Virus record (IMG/VR): IMGVR_UViG_3300045253_000023
Span: 32,001 to 96,000 of that record
Direction: 5' to 3' (one strand)
DNA length: 64,000 bases
Origin: a virus
In this document: piece by piece, positions 49,602 through 56,932 of the stretch
Layout of the letters: every line of letters begins with the position of its first letter
Numbering within the stretch: position 1 is the stretch's first letter
Translations under genes and position numbers: made by a program
The notes under the pieces: generated by a model
What the model saw: only the letters and a program-made list of their open reading frames with translations
The model's database searches: none
Told to the model about the DNA's origin: nothing

Positions 49602-49684
49602 GCGCCAATAGTCGAGGGTGCCTTCTAAGCATTCATCCGTAACTGGAACTGAAAATGCGGGTTCGAATCCTGCTTGGTGCTCCA
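49602..49684 (+). tRNA. Atypical D-armless tRNA-Arg(TCT)
   Basis: GCGCCAA/TTGGTGC-T-CCA; GGGTGC-CTTCTAA-GCATTC; canonical T arm. Confidence 0.7.
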
Positions 49685-49772
49685 AAAGATACAATGTGTC
49701 ATTGCCAATGAGCTCTCTTGTTGCTGGGACAAGGGATGACGACAATGCCACAAAGGCCCAGCAAGAATTTAT

Positions 49773-49847
49773 GGGTTAGTCGTCTAACGGCAAGATAGCA
49801 GCTTCCAACACTGCCTGATGAGGGTTCGAATCCTTCCTAGCCCGCCA
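49773..49847 (+). tRNA. tRNA-Trp(CCA)
   Basis: GGGTTAG/CTAGCCC-G-CCA; loop TTCCAAC. Confidence 0.8.
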
Positions 49848-49929
49848 ATTTATGTCTCATTGCGAAAGCTGAATTCTGGTGAATCGATGCCAGGAGATTC
49901 CCTTCAATGGGGAGATGGGACACGCCTAT

Positions 49930-50106
49930 ATGACAAACGAAGAAGCAATCGCAGCCAAGAGCGCGGAAGTTGAACATTACATTGGTGTCCTCAGCCGATA
50001 TGGAAGAGGGAGATGGTATGACATGGGTTGTCGTCATCTTGCTGAACTCCGTGAAGAGTTGAAGGCGCTACAAGATCAATGGCTAGGTGACAGAAAGGTT
50101 ATGTGA
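49930..50106 (+). CDS. Hypothetical protein (3' end overlaps tRNA-Cys)
   Basis: Short ORF. Confidence 0.35.
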   Translation: MTNEEAIAAKSAEVEHYIGVLSRYGRGRWYDMGCRHLAELREELKALQDQWLGDRKVM

Positions 50107-50155
50107 CGGCCTGCAAAACCGATACATGCTGGTTCGAATCCAGTCCTAGCTTCCA
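50081..50155 (+). tRNA. tRNA-Cys(GCA)
   Basis: GGCTAGG/CCTAGCT-T-CCA; loop CTGCAAA. Confidence 0.88.
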
Positions 50156-50179
50156 AATTCGACTATGTACCAACACAAT

Positions 50180-50257
50180 GCACCTATCTTCTAACTGGTC
50201 TAGGAACTCTGACTTTCAATCAGAACAATGTGGGTTCGAATCCCATTAGGTGTACCA
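50180..50257 (+). tRNA. tRNA-Glu(TTC)
   Basis: TCTGA-CTTTCAA-TCAGA. Confidence 0.9.
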
Positions 50258-50266
50258 AATTCAAAT

Positions 50267-50340
50267 GCGTCCGTAACTTAATGTAGAGGATCACCCTGTC
50301 ACGGTGGAAGGTGCGAGTTCAAGTCTCGTCGGGCGCGCCA
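50267..50340 (+). tRNA. tRNA-Asp(GTC)
   Basis: Loop CTGTCAC; GCCA end. Confidence 0.85.
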
Positions 50341-50348
50341 AGTTTTAT

Positions 50349-50423
50349 GGAGCCGTAAGCATCTGGTGAGGCTGCCGAGCTGTCTACTCGGTGAGGTGGG
50401 TTCGACTCCCATCGGTTCCGCCA
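50349..50423 (+). tRNA. tRNA-Asp(GTC)
   Basis: CCGAG-CTGTCTA-CTCGG; GCCA end. Confidence 0.88.
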
Positions 50424-50624
50424 AATTGAAATTGGGTTACAATGGTGAGATAGGTCGCGCCTATTTCTGTTGTATCCTGTATTTCCGCGCAGTGCCCATC
50501 CTCGCGTTATAAGATCGACGGCACGAATATCGCTGGAGCGTAAATGTTGTCGTCGTTGGCAATCTACACTCAAGCAGGTTCCCGATTCAAAGGGATTAAA
50601 GCCAGGTTGGCGCCAATTTTACAT

Positions 50625-50696
50625 GGGGTGTCCGCAGGGGCGGAGACTGCACTTGCAATGCGATCGCGATGGGTTCGAGTCCCATACATTCCACCA
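50625..50696 (+). tRNA. tRNA-Ala(TGC), divergent
   Basis: G3:U70; loop CTTGCAA; ACCA end. Confidence 0.8.
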
Positions 50697-50704
50697 ATTC
50701 AAAT

Positions 50705-50785
50705 GCCGTAGTAACCCGCGTGTCTACGAAACACGACTCAGGTAACTGGAGGAAGATGCAGGTTCGAATCCTGTCTGCGGCTCCA
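50705..50785 (+). tRNA. Atypical D-armless tRNA-Arg(ACG)
   Basis: GCCGTAG/CTGCGGC-T-CCA; CGTGT-CTACGAA-ACACG; canonical T arm. Confidence 0.7.
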
Positions 50786-50794
50786 AAGTTTCAT

Positions 50795-50871
50795 CGGTGT
50801 GTAGGCTAGGTTGGAGAGTCACTCGGTTTGGGGTCGAGTCCACGCAGGTTCGAATCCTGTCACACCGACCA
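50795..50871 (+). tRNA. tRNA-Pro(TGG)
   Basis: CGGTGTG/CACACCG-A-CCA. Confidence 0.88.
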
Positions 50872-50879
50872 ATTTCACA

Positions 50880-50995
50880 AGGGTAGTTTCTGCATCCATA
50901 AAATCTTGTTGGTTCGACTCCAACATCTCCCGCCACTATGGGAGATGCGCCGCTTGGGCGGCACATTTGAGGTGGTGACACCTCATACTATCCTG
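50880..50995 (+). ncRNA. Y-RNA-like element A containing a permuted tRNA
   Basis: AGGGTAG/CTATCCT stem, TTCTGCA motif; order T arm, acceptor hairpin, D arm, anticodon-like arm. Confidence 0.65.
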
Positions 50996-51021
50996 TTTTA
51001 TTGTTCCACAAGGAGTACGAT

Positions 51022-51180
51022 ATGATCGCAGGTTCAGCAGCTGGTATTCTGATTCTCATCGCATTTGTCTTGACTATTGTTGACATTGTGCGCGGCGCTT
51101 TTTCTCTGCTTCATGCTTCTGTTCTTCTTGTTGAAATTGCATTGTTGATCGGTTTCTCTGGTCCAATCTTTTTCAAATAA
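51022..51180 (+). CDS. Small membrane protein (52 aa, not in ORF track)
   Basis: AAGGAG SD; MIAGSAAGILILIAFVLTIVDIVRG... Confidence 0.55.
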   Translation: MIAGSAAGILILIAFVLTIVDIVRGAFSLLHASVLLVEIALLIGFSGPIFFK

Positions 51181-51189
51181 CACAACAAC

Positions 51190-51264
51190 GCGCGATTGGG
51201 TCATTGGTTGATCACCACCTTGCCAAGGTGGATTAAATGGGTTCGATTCCCATATCTCGCTCCA
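51190..51264 (+). tRNA. tRNA-Gly(GCC)
   Basis: CCACC-TTGCCAA-GGTGG; TCCA end. Confidence 0.88.
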
Positions 51265-51272
51265 AATTATAT

Positions 51273-51347
51273 GTGTCCGTAGTATAGAGGCAATTATTCC
51301 TTCCTTCCAAGTAGGAGATGTGGGTTCGATTCCCACCGGATGCTCCA
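51273..51347 (+). tRNA. tRNA-Gly(TCC)
   Basis: Loop CTTCCAA; TCCA end. Confidence 0.88.
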
Positions 51348-51353
51348 AAATGA

Positions 51354-51428
51354 CGCGGAATAGAGAAGTGGCATCTCGCTTGGCTCATAACCAAGAAATC
51401 GTGGGTTCGAGTCCCTCTTCCGCTACCA
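51354..51428 (+). tRNA. tRNA-fMet(CAT)
   Basis: CGCGGAA start with C1 mismatch; loop CTCATAA. Confidence 0.88.
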
Positions 51429-51444
51429 TTCACAAAGAGGCAAA

Positions 51445-51948
51445 ATGTCCACATTGGGTTCGGCAAACAAAACAGAACCAGTGACATTGAAGGAATTCAT
51501 CCTCACCGAATCCTTTGAACCAGTGTCCATTCCATATGGCTTTGACTTCAAAATGAGAAACGGCAGATGGGATCATCTGGGTGGGTTTGATTACACTTTC
51601 TTCACTCTTGATGGTCTGTACTACATGGTGACATTGAAGAAGCCAAGTGGAATTGTTTCCTTTGGTACTTCAGATGAAAACACCACAGACCCAGGCTTGT
51701 ATGATCAAACACCATATCAAGCCAAAGATGCGCTACATGTTTTCAATAGCGTGATCTATGTTGCACTCCAAGGCGCCAAGAATCTCGGTTACACAAGACT
51801 CAGATTTGACGCAGCGAGCCGCGCCTTGGGTCGAGTATATGACGCAATGGTTCGCAACAAATTCTTGATCGACAAACTTGCTGGATATGGTTGGAAGTAT
51901 CTTGGCAAAGATGATGACAACAATCATATGTTTGGTCGATCCAAATAG
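51445..51948 (+). CDS. Hypothetical protein (TLKEFILTES motif near N-terminus)
   Basis: GAGG SD; 167 aa. Confidence 0.6.
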   Translation: MSTLGSANKTEPVTLKEFILTESFEPVSIPYGFDFKMRNGRWDHLGGFDYTFFTLDGLYYMVTLKKPSGIVSFGTSDENTTDPGLYDQTPYQAKDALHVFNSVIYVALQGAKNLGYTRLRFDAASRALGRVYDAMVRNKFLIDKLAGYGWKYLGKDDDNNHMFGRSK

Positions 51949-51954
51949 TTCAAT

Positions 51955-52030
51955 GCCCCTGTGACGGAACGGCATACGTGTCAGTCTCAAAAGCTGAATT
52001 TTGTGGGTTCGACTCCCACTTGGGGTACCA
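51955..52030 (+). tRNA. tRNA-Leu(CAA) with short variable loop
   Basis: Leu-type D arm GACGGAACGGCATACGT; loop CTCAAAA. Confidence 0.85.
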
Positions 52031-52039
52031 AGTTTTTTT

Positions 52040-52102
52040 AGAATGCATACAGCCACCAAACCAAAGTCAAACCTGTTAAGTCTGACGACTAAATGCATTC
52101 TG
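52040..52102 (+). ncRNA. Y-RNA-like element B (anticodon-arm cargo, GTT)
   Basis: AGAATGCA/TGCATTCT stem, TACAGCC motif. Confidence 0.65.
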
Positions 52103-52110
52103 TGAGTTTT

Positions 52111-52224
52111 AGGTTGCCTACAGCAAACATTTCTATTGGTTCGACTCCAATACCTGCCGCCAAAACTGGCAAGTTCGCTCAATGGTAGAGCAATGGGCTA
52201 ATACCCCATCTAATGTGCAGCCTG
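52111..52224 (+). ncRNA. Y-RNA-like element C containing a permuted tRNA (AAT anticodon)
   Basis: AGGTTGC/GCAGCCT stem, TACAGCA; T arm precedes acceptor, D and anticodon arms. Confidence 0.75.
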
Positions 52225-52244
52225 TATTTCGTTGTCTATACATC

Positions 52245-52481
52245 ATGAGGATATCTGATATGGTCCGTCATCTTCGTAAGGGTCGATTCGCTCTTCAGCT
52301 GCGCCGTGAAACGGCATTGAGGAATCTCAACAAGAGGATTCCACTGATTGAGCAAGAGATCGACAGATTGACCAAGGTCGGAAAGTTGACAGACATGTCA
52401 ATCCTCTTGAAGCAAGTTGATGGCAAGCACACACGTGCACTCGGTGAGAGACAATCACTGCTTCAACATGGCATCGCATAA
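52245..52481 (+). CDS. Hypothetical protein
   Basis: Packed ORF. Confidence 0.45.
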   Translation: MRISDMVRHLRKGRFALQLRRETALRNLNKRIPLIEQEIDRLTKVGKLTDMSILLKQVDGKHTRALGERQSLLQHGIA

Positions 52482-52696
52482 TGAGTGACTGTCCGTGGGT
52501 CGGAACTTCCAAAGAGAAGGACTGTCCTGTTGCCAAGAATGCTCCAGCCAATTGTCCATATATGAAGTCTTGTTTGTCGTTGCTTCCTCGCTTCGAACAG
52601 CAAGCCTTCCTCAACAAGAACAAACAGTCTGAGAAGTCAATCTCATCTCAGGAACTACTTGACAATCTATTGAAGTCAGGGAAACATTTATCATGA
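52481..52696 (+). CDS. Hypothetical Cys-rich protein
   Basis: CP repeats; overlapping stop/start. Confidence 0.45.
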   Translation: MSDCPWVGTSKEKDCPVAKNAPANCPYMKSCLSLLPRFEQQAFLNKNKQSEKSISSQELLDNLLKSGKHLS

Positions 52697-52983
52697 TGCC
52701 ACAAGTCGCTGACTTTGCCAATGGATCATTTGAGATCATTGGCGCCATCTGCAATTGGTTGAATGTTGCCACCTATTTGAAAGATCGTGTGGTGCGTGGT
52801 GTGTACTGGCCAACTTCATTCTTCTACATCGGTTGGGGTTTGTGGAATCTGTTGTATTATCCTTCGCTTGATCAGTGGTTTTCATTTGTCGGTGGTTGCT
52901 TCTTGACCGCAGGTAACATCACTTGGATCGCGTTGGTGGTCTATGACAAGGCTTTACTTTCACGCAGGACTCAGGTACAATAG
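52693..52983 (+). CDS. Small three-TM membrane protein (PQ-loop/SemiSWEET-like layout)
   Basis: Three hydrophobic segments, K.VRGV.W motif. Confidence 0.55.
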   Translation: MMPQVADFANGSFEIIGAICNWLNVATYLKDRVVRGVYWPTSFFYIGWGLWNLLYYPSLDQWFSFVGGCFLTAGNITWIALVVYDKALLSRRTQVQ

Positions 52984-53008
52984 GGTCTTGTGATACAAAC
53001 AAATCAAT

Positions 53009-53085
53009 GCACCTGTGATGTAACTGGTAAACGTGTTGGACTCAGAATCCAAATTGTGTGAGTTCGAATCTCACCAGGTGCACCA
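53009..53085 (+). tRNA. tRNA-Leu(CAG) with short variable loop
   Basis: TTGGA-CTCAGAA-TCCAA; ACCA end. Confidence 0.87.
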
Positions 53086-53179
53086 AAGTTCAATGCGTGC
53101 GATTGTGGGTTGGTAACTGTCTGATCAACAGTATGGTAGACCCTGAGAGTGATGAGCACTCCTCGCGCGCTCCAAATAT

Positions 53180-53264
53180 GGGTTGTTGGCAGAGTGGTTA
53201 TGCACCAGACTCTTAATCTGTGACGGAAACGTCAATCTGGGTTCGATTCCCAGGCGACCCACCA
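53180..53264 (+). tRNA. tRNA-Lys(CTT) with long variable arm
   Basis: Loop CTCTTAA followed by GACG-GAAA-CGTC arm. Confidence 0.82.
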
Positions 53265-53286
53265 CTATTCGTTATGAGAGGGACAA

Positions 53287-54075
53287 GTGAAGATCATCAG
53301 CAAGTTCAGAGACTTCTATGATGGAGTACAACGCACATCATTTGATGAGCATGTTCTTTACATCAGAGAAACCAAGAACATTGAATTGCAGTCTCACAAG
53401 TTTCTTCCTGTTGACCAAGACCGCTACAATGTTCTTGGAAACAGAAGTCGTTCGACATTGTTCTGCGCAGTACTCACCACGCGCAACTATGTCGCAAAGC
53501 TGGAAGGCAACCTGCTGTGTTTCTGCGGCAAGACCTACACACTGTTTCGTGTCAAGATTTACAAGAATGAATATCGATACTATGAGATGAACGACCCGAT
53601 TTGGGTTGACACTTTCCCAACATGGAAGGATGCGATGGTTTGGATTCAAACTCAAACCAATGAAGAGTTCATCATCCCAAAGTATCGAAACAAGGCAGGG
53701 CATCTTCTTGGCTATAATGAAGAAGATGCCCTGAAGGCACTTGAGACTAAGGCAAATGAGCCTTGTGATCAAGTTCATCTGGAATTCAAGAGTCCTGTCG
53801 TGTTGTTTCGTTTCAACAAGACTCGACAAATCAAAGCAAACTATTTGACACCAACGTTTGAAATTGTTGTCAACCCATGTTTGAAGGATTATCACTTCCA
53901 GCGCATCATGGATGCATATGGAACGTTTCAGGAAATCTTCATGTACCAAAGTGGAGTGCTGGCTGGTCCAGAACGTCCCATGGTGCAACTGAGCGACAAG
54001 ACCCTTATAAGTAAACATGGATTCGATGTGAAAACTTCCTTCAGGAAAGCGAAGGAAACACATCACAAAGGTTAA
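53287..54075 (+). CDS. Phage hypothetical protein
   Basis: MKIISKFRDFYD...KHGFD.KTSFRK; 262 aa. Confidence 0.7.
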   Translation: MKIISKFRDFYDGVQRTSFDEHVLYIRETKNIELQSHKFLPVDQDRYNVLGNRSRSTLFCAVLTTRNYVAKLEGNLLCFCGKTYTLFRVKIYKNEYRYYEMNDPIWVDTFPTWKDAMVWIQTQTNEEFIIPKYRNKAGHLLGYNEEDALKALETKANEPCDQVHLEFKSPVVLFRFNKTRQIKANYLTPTFEIVVNPCLKDYHFQRIMDAYGTFQEIFMYQSGVLAGPERPMVQLSDKTLISKHGFDVKTSFRKAKETHHKG

Positions 54076-54080
54076 CAAGT

Positions 54081-54396
54081 GGGATGGGTACAGCACCAAA
54101 TCTAACAGAAGGCTTCGGCCATGATGTTAAACTCGGAGGCTAATTTGTGGAAGGTCCAGAAGACCTGTCTACGATGCAAGAGAACAAGAGTTGGGTTCTC
54201 CCAAGGCCATATAACAACAATGGTGTTGAAAGAGCACTATGATCTTGTCAGAGTCACAGTGGCGTGAGTGGAAGTCTGTAATCCTTCGGGTCATCAATTC
54301 TTAGTAGTTGATGTTGGATGGAAGCACATAGCACTTGAAAGAACTGAATAGGGTCCGTCACCGAAAAGACGCCTGTAAAGCCAGGAAACCATCCCG
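54081..54396 (+). ncRNA. Y-RNA-like element D (large, ~300-nt structured cargo)
   Basis: GGGATGG/CCATCCC stem, TACAGCA motif, multiple internal hairpins. Confidence 0.6.
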
Positions 54397-54411
54397 AATA
54401 CTTTTTTCAAT

Positions 54412-54488
54412 GGTGACCTAGTTGTATCTGGTGTGCATAGCTGCCTGTGAAGCAGCTGGAGAGAGTTCGATCCTCTCAGGTCACCCCA
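54412..54488 (+). tRNA. tRNA-His(GTG)
   Basis: G-1/C73; GCTGC-CTGTGAA-GCAGC. Confidence 0.9.
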
Positions 54489-54649
54489 AATTTTCAATGA
54501 CAAGGAGTGTCAAATGCTTACCCTCGTTCTCTGCGCTGCATCGTTTGTTGCTGGTCACGTTCTTGCTTGGCCAACCTGGCTGCAGAATGCTTGGGCCGCA
54601 ATTGTTGCAAAGTTCAGCTCAAAAGTCGAATAAGAAACACAGTTTTAAT

Positions 54650-54738
54650 GGAAGGTAAACCAGCCAGGGCGCTGGGCTTGTTTGCTAAACAAAGCGTTCG
54701 GGCAACTGAATGGTTTTCGATTAACCTGCCTTCCTCCA
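54650..54738 (+). tRNA. tRNA-Ser(GCT)
   Basis: GGAAGGT/GCCTTCC; long variable arm; weak T arm. Confidence 0.78.
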
Positions 54739-54745
54739 CAGTTTT

Positions 54746-54819
54746 AGGATCAATTCAGCAACCAAATCGCGGCCCACGTGGCTGCACCATGGACTGGTAG
54801 CCTCGCTACTCTGATCCTG
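54746..54819 (+). ncRNA. Y-RNA-like element E
   Basis: AGGATCA/TGATCCT stem, TTCAGCA motif. Confidence 0.6.
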
Positions 54820-54827
54820 TATTTTAT

Positions 54828-54903
54828 GTTCCCTTCGTCTAGTGGTCTAGGATACCAGCCTCTCAAGTTGGGCACACGGGTTCAAATCCCGTAGGGAACA
54901 CCA
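54828..54903 (+). tRNA. tRNA-Glu(CTC)
   Basis: GTTCCCT/AGGGAAC; loop CTCTCAA. Confidence 0.9.
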
Positions 54904-55020
54904 ATTCATAGAAAGTGAGATTCACATGTCGTTACAACATTTGTTGATCGCAGAACAAGATGGCTATACTATCCAGTCTCTGCTTGAATTTGTCATCTTC
55001 TCCTGAAGGAATTCCATATC

Positions 55021-55224
55021 ATGAGCAATGCAACTCTTCCATCCAAGTACCAACTGTTCGCTCAAGTCGCATACAAGTATGACAACAGCGATCCAGAAAC
55101 TCGTATTGGTCAGGTTGTTTCCGTCAAGTTCACTCCATCAGATGTGATTTACAATCTGGTGAATTTCAAGACAGGTGAGCTCAACGTTGATGTTCCTGAA
55201 GAGTTTGTTTCGACAATCAACTAA
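55021..55224 (+). CDS. Small SH3-like hypothetical protein
   Basis: GQVVSVKFT...YNL; paralog of 55436. Confidence 0.55.
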   Translation: MSNATLPSKYQLFAQVAYKYDNSDPETRIGQVVSVKFTPSDVIYNLVNFKTGELNVDVPEEFVSTIN

Positions 55225-55238
55225 GTACACAACACCAC

Positions 55239-55313
55239 GCTCCAAAAGCATTAGTGGCGATGCAGTTGCCTTGTAAGCATCAGAAGAGGGTTCGATTCCT
55301 TCTTGGAGCACCA
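55239..55313 (+). tRNA. tRNA-Thr(TGT)
   Basis: GCTCCAA/TTGGAGC-A-CCA; loop CTTGTAA. Confidence 0.88.
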
Positions 55314-55435
55314 AATTGAAACCCTCGCTCGGCGGATCGCCTTAGATCAAGATGGCAACACTTTCTTGAAGCCTAGGACTCCGTGATCAGGTAACCAATC
55401 CTTTCCGAGCGACATCTTATTATGGAGATACACAT

Positions 55436-55633
55436 ATGTCTGGATCATTCACGTCAAACTTTGCAATCGGCGACACAGTTGTAGCATCTGTCGGTCTTAC
55501 CGAAGTTCAACATGGTGTTGTCGTTGCAGTTCGATTCACAAAGGGCAAGGTGTTCTATGACATTCTTGCTGACTATGATGCCAGGGTGTATCTCGAAATT
55601 CCATCGGATGATGTGAAAGCCTACACACCATAG
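55436..55633 (+). CDS. Small SH3-like hypothetical protein
   Basis: FAIGDTV...GVVVAVRFT...YDI. Confidence 0.55.
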   Translation: MSGSFTSNFAIGDTVVASVGLTEVQHGVVVAVRFTKGKVFYDILADYDARVYLEIPSDDVKAYTP

Positions 55634-55756
55634 GCAACCAGTTGTGCGCATAGGCGAGTCATCGACCTGTAATTCGATGTCCTACCAGCAAACGTTATGC
55701 TGTGACCGTATGGAACAGACATGCCGCCAGGGACCGTAAGTCCCCATGAATTCAAA

Positions 55757-55833
55757 CGTGATCTGCCAGTCTGGGTGAATGGCGCAGTCTCATAAGCTGT
55801 CGAAGGTGAGTTCGAATCTCACGATCACGACCA
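55757..55833 (+). tRNA. tRNA-CAT (elongator Met or Ile2)
   Basis: CGTGATC/GATCACG-A-CCA; loop CTCATAA. Confidence 0.82.
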
Positions 55834-55854
55834 CATTTATCTGGAGTTTACATT

Positions 55855-56070
55855 ATGTCATCCGTGCCTCTCTCCAAGATTCAAGATGATGCTCCACTTG
55901 CGGCTGCCTCAGCCTCAATCTTCACAAAGCCTGTAGAAGACAAGTATGTTGGCGCTCGCCACAGCATCAAGCAAATCAAGTTGTTCCTGTCTCGTGCTAC
56001 TTCCAAGGCTGAGCGAAAGGCCATCGTGTCTCTCGCAGGTGTTGGCAAGAGGACTCATCGAAAGCACTAA
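55855..56070 (+). CDS. Hypothetical basic protein
   Basis: GGAG SD. Confidence 0.5.
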   Translation: MSSVPLSKIQDDAPLAAASASIFTKPVEDKYVGARHSIKQIKLFLSRATSKAERKAIVSLAGVGKRTHRKH

Positions 56071-56109
56071 ATATCCTTGATAATTGACCTTGTTGAGGAT
56101 GATGACCAC

Positions 56110-56586
56110 ATGACAACTGCGGCCTGGGATGGAATTACACTTGCAGCTGATACGCTTGCAGCTGGAGAATCTGGATCATGTGAAGTAACAAAAATTCATA
56201 AGGTCAAAACCACAGGATTTGATGACCAAGAGGAAACAGTCCTATTTGTCGCGGATGGTGGACTTGAGTATGGGCCCATCATAGCACACTGGATTGCCGA
56301 GGGCATGCTAGAGGACCAAAGGCCACCCATCAAAGCCAAGTCAGACTTCCATGCGATTATCATCCGCCAGAATGGTGATGTGTATTACATGGAAGATGCG
56401 CTGGTCCCCATCAAGATTCACAACAAATTCTTCTCCATTGGTTCTGGCAACAATTATGCCATGGGAGCAATGGAAGCTGGTGCTGATGCTGAGGAATCAG
56501 TCAAAATCGCCAGCAAGTATGATCCACACACAAATGGACACATCGAAACATTGAGTTTTGAAGATTGTCCAGCTTTGTTTGTGTAA
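56110..56586 (+). CDS. Ntn-hydrolase (HslV/proteasome beta-like) peptidase
   Basis: MTTAAWDG.TLAAD N-terminus, SIGSG..YAMGAM, D.HT.G. Confidence 0.82.
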   Translation: MTTAAWDGITLAADTLAAGESGSCEVTKIHKVKTTGFDDQEETVLFVADGGLEYGPIIAHWIAEGMLEDQRPPIKAKSDFHAIIIRQNGDVYYMEDALVPIKIHNKFFSIGSGNNYAMGAMEAGADAEESVKIASKYDPHTNGHIETLSFEDCPALFV

Positions 56587-56593
56587 AAACAAT

Positions 56594-56670
56594 GCGTCTG
56601 TAGCTTAACTGGACAGAGACTCTGGCTTCGAACCAGAGGGGTGTGGGTTCGACTCCTGCCAGGCGCGCCA
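56594..56670 (+). tRNA. tRNA-Arg(TCG)
   Basis: TCTGG-CTTCGAA-CCAGA; GCCA end. Confidence 0.9.
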
Positions 56671-56932
56671 AGAGTTTATGCGGAAGCAGCTGGTAAGAAC
56701 AGCACGTTCAAGACCGCCATCCTGGACGTGTATGCTAAAGGGTAAGTGAGGATGGCTCACGAAAGACTAACCGCGCGTTGGTTTCCCTAAAGGTTGGCTC
56801 CCTGGGGAGTTGCTACAATTGGTGACATGGGCCGCAAGCCTGAAGAATCCAACTTCCGCCCTCTACACAACGAAACTTCTTTGACAGTCTTCAACTCAAA
56901 CATGTTTGTGCAACAAAAAGAGGAGAAGCATT

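Noticed and set aside
50430-50615. Additional handle-family member or tRNA
   Set aside because: It has a GGGTTACAA/TTGTATCC hairpin and a GCCA end, but no TACAGC motif in register and no T arm; possibly an ncRNA but not assignable
44233-56870. Theta/HDV-like ribozymes at tRNA 3' ends
   Set aside because: I could not trace a nested double-pseudoknot by eye; a motif search (RNArobo or Infernal) would be needed
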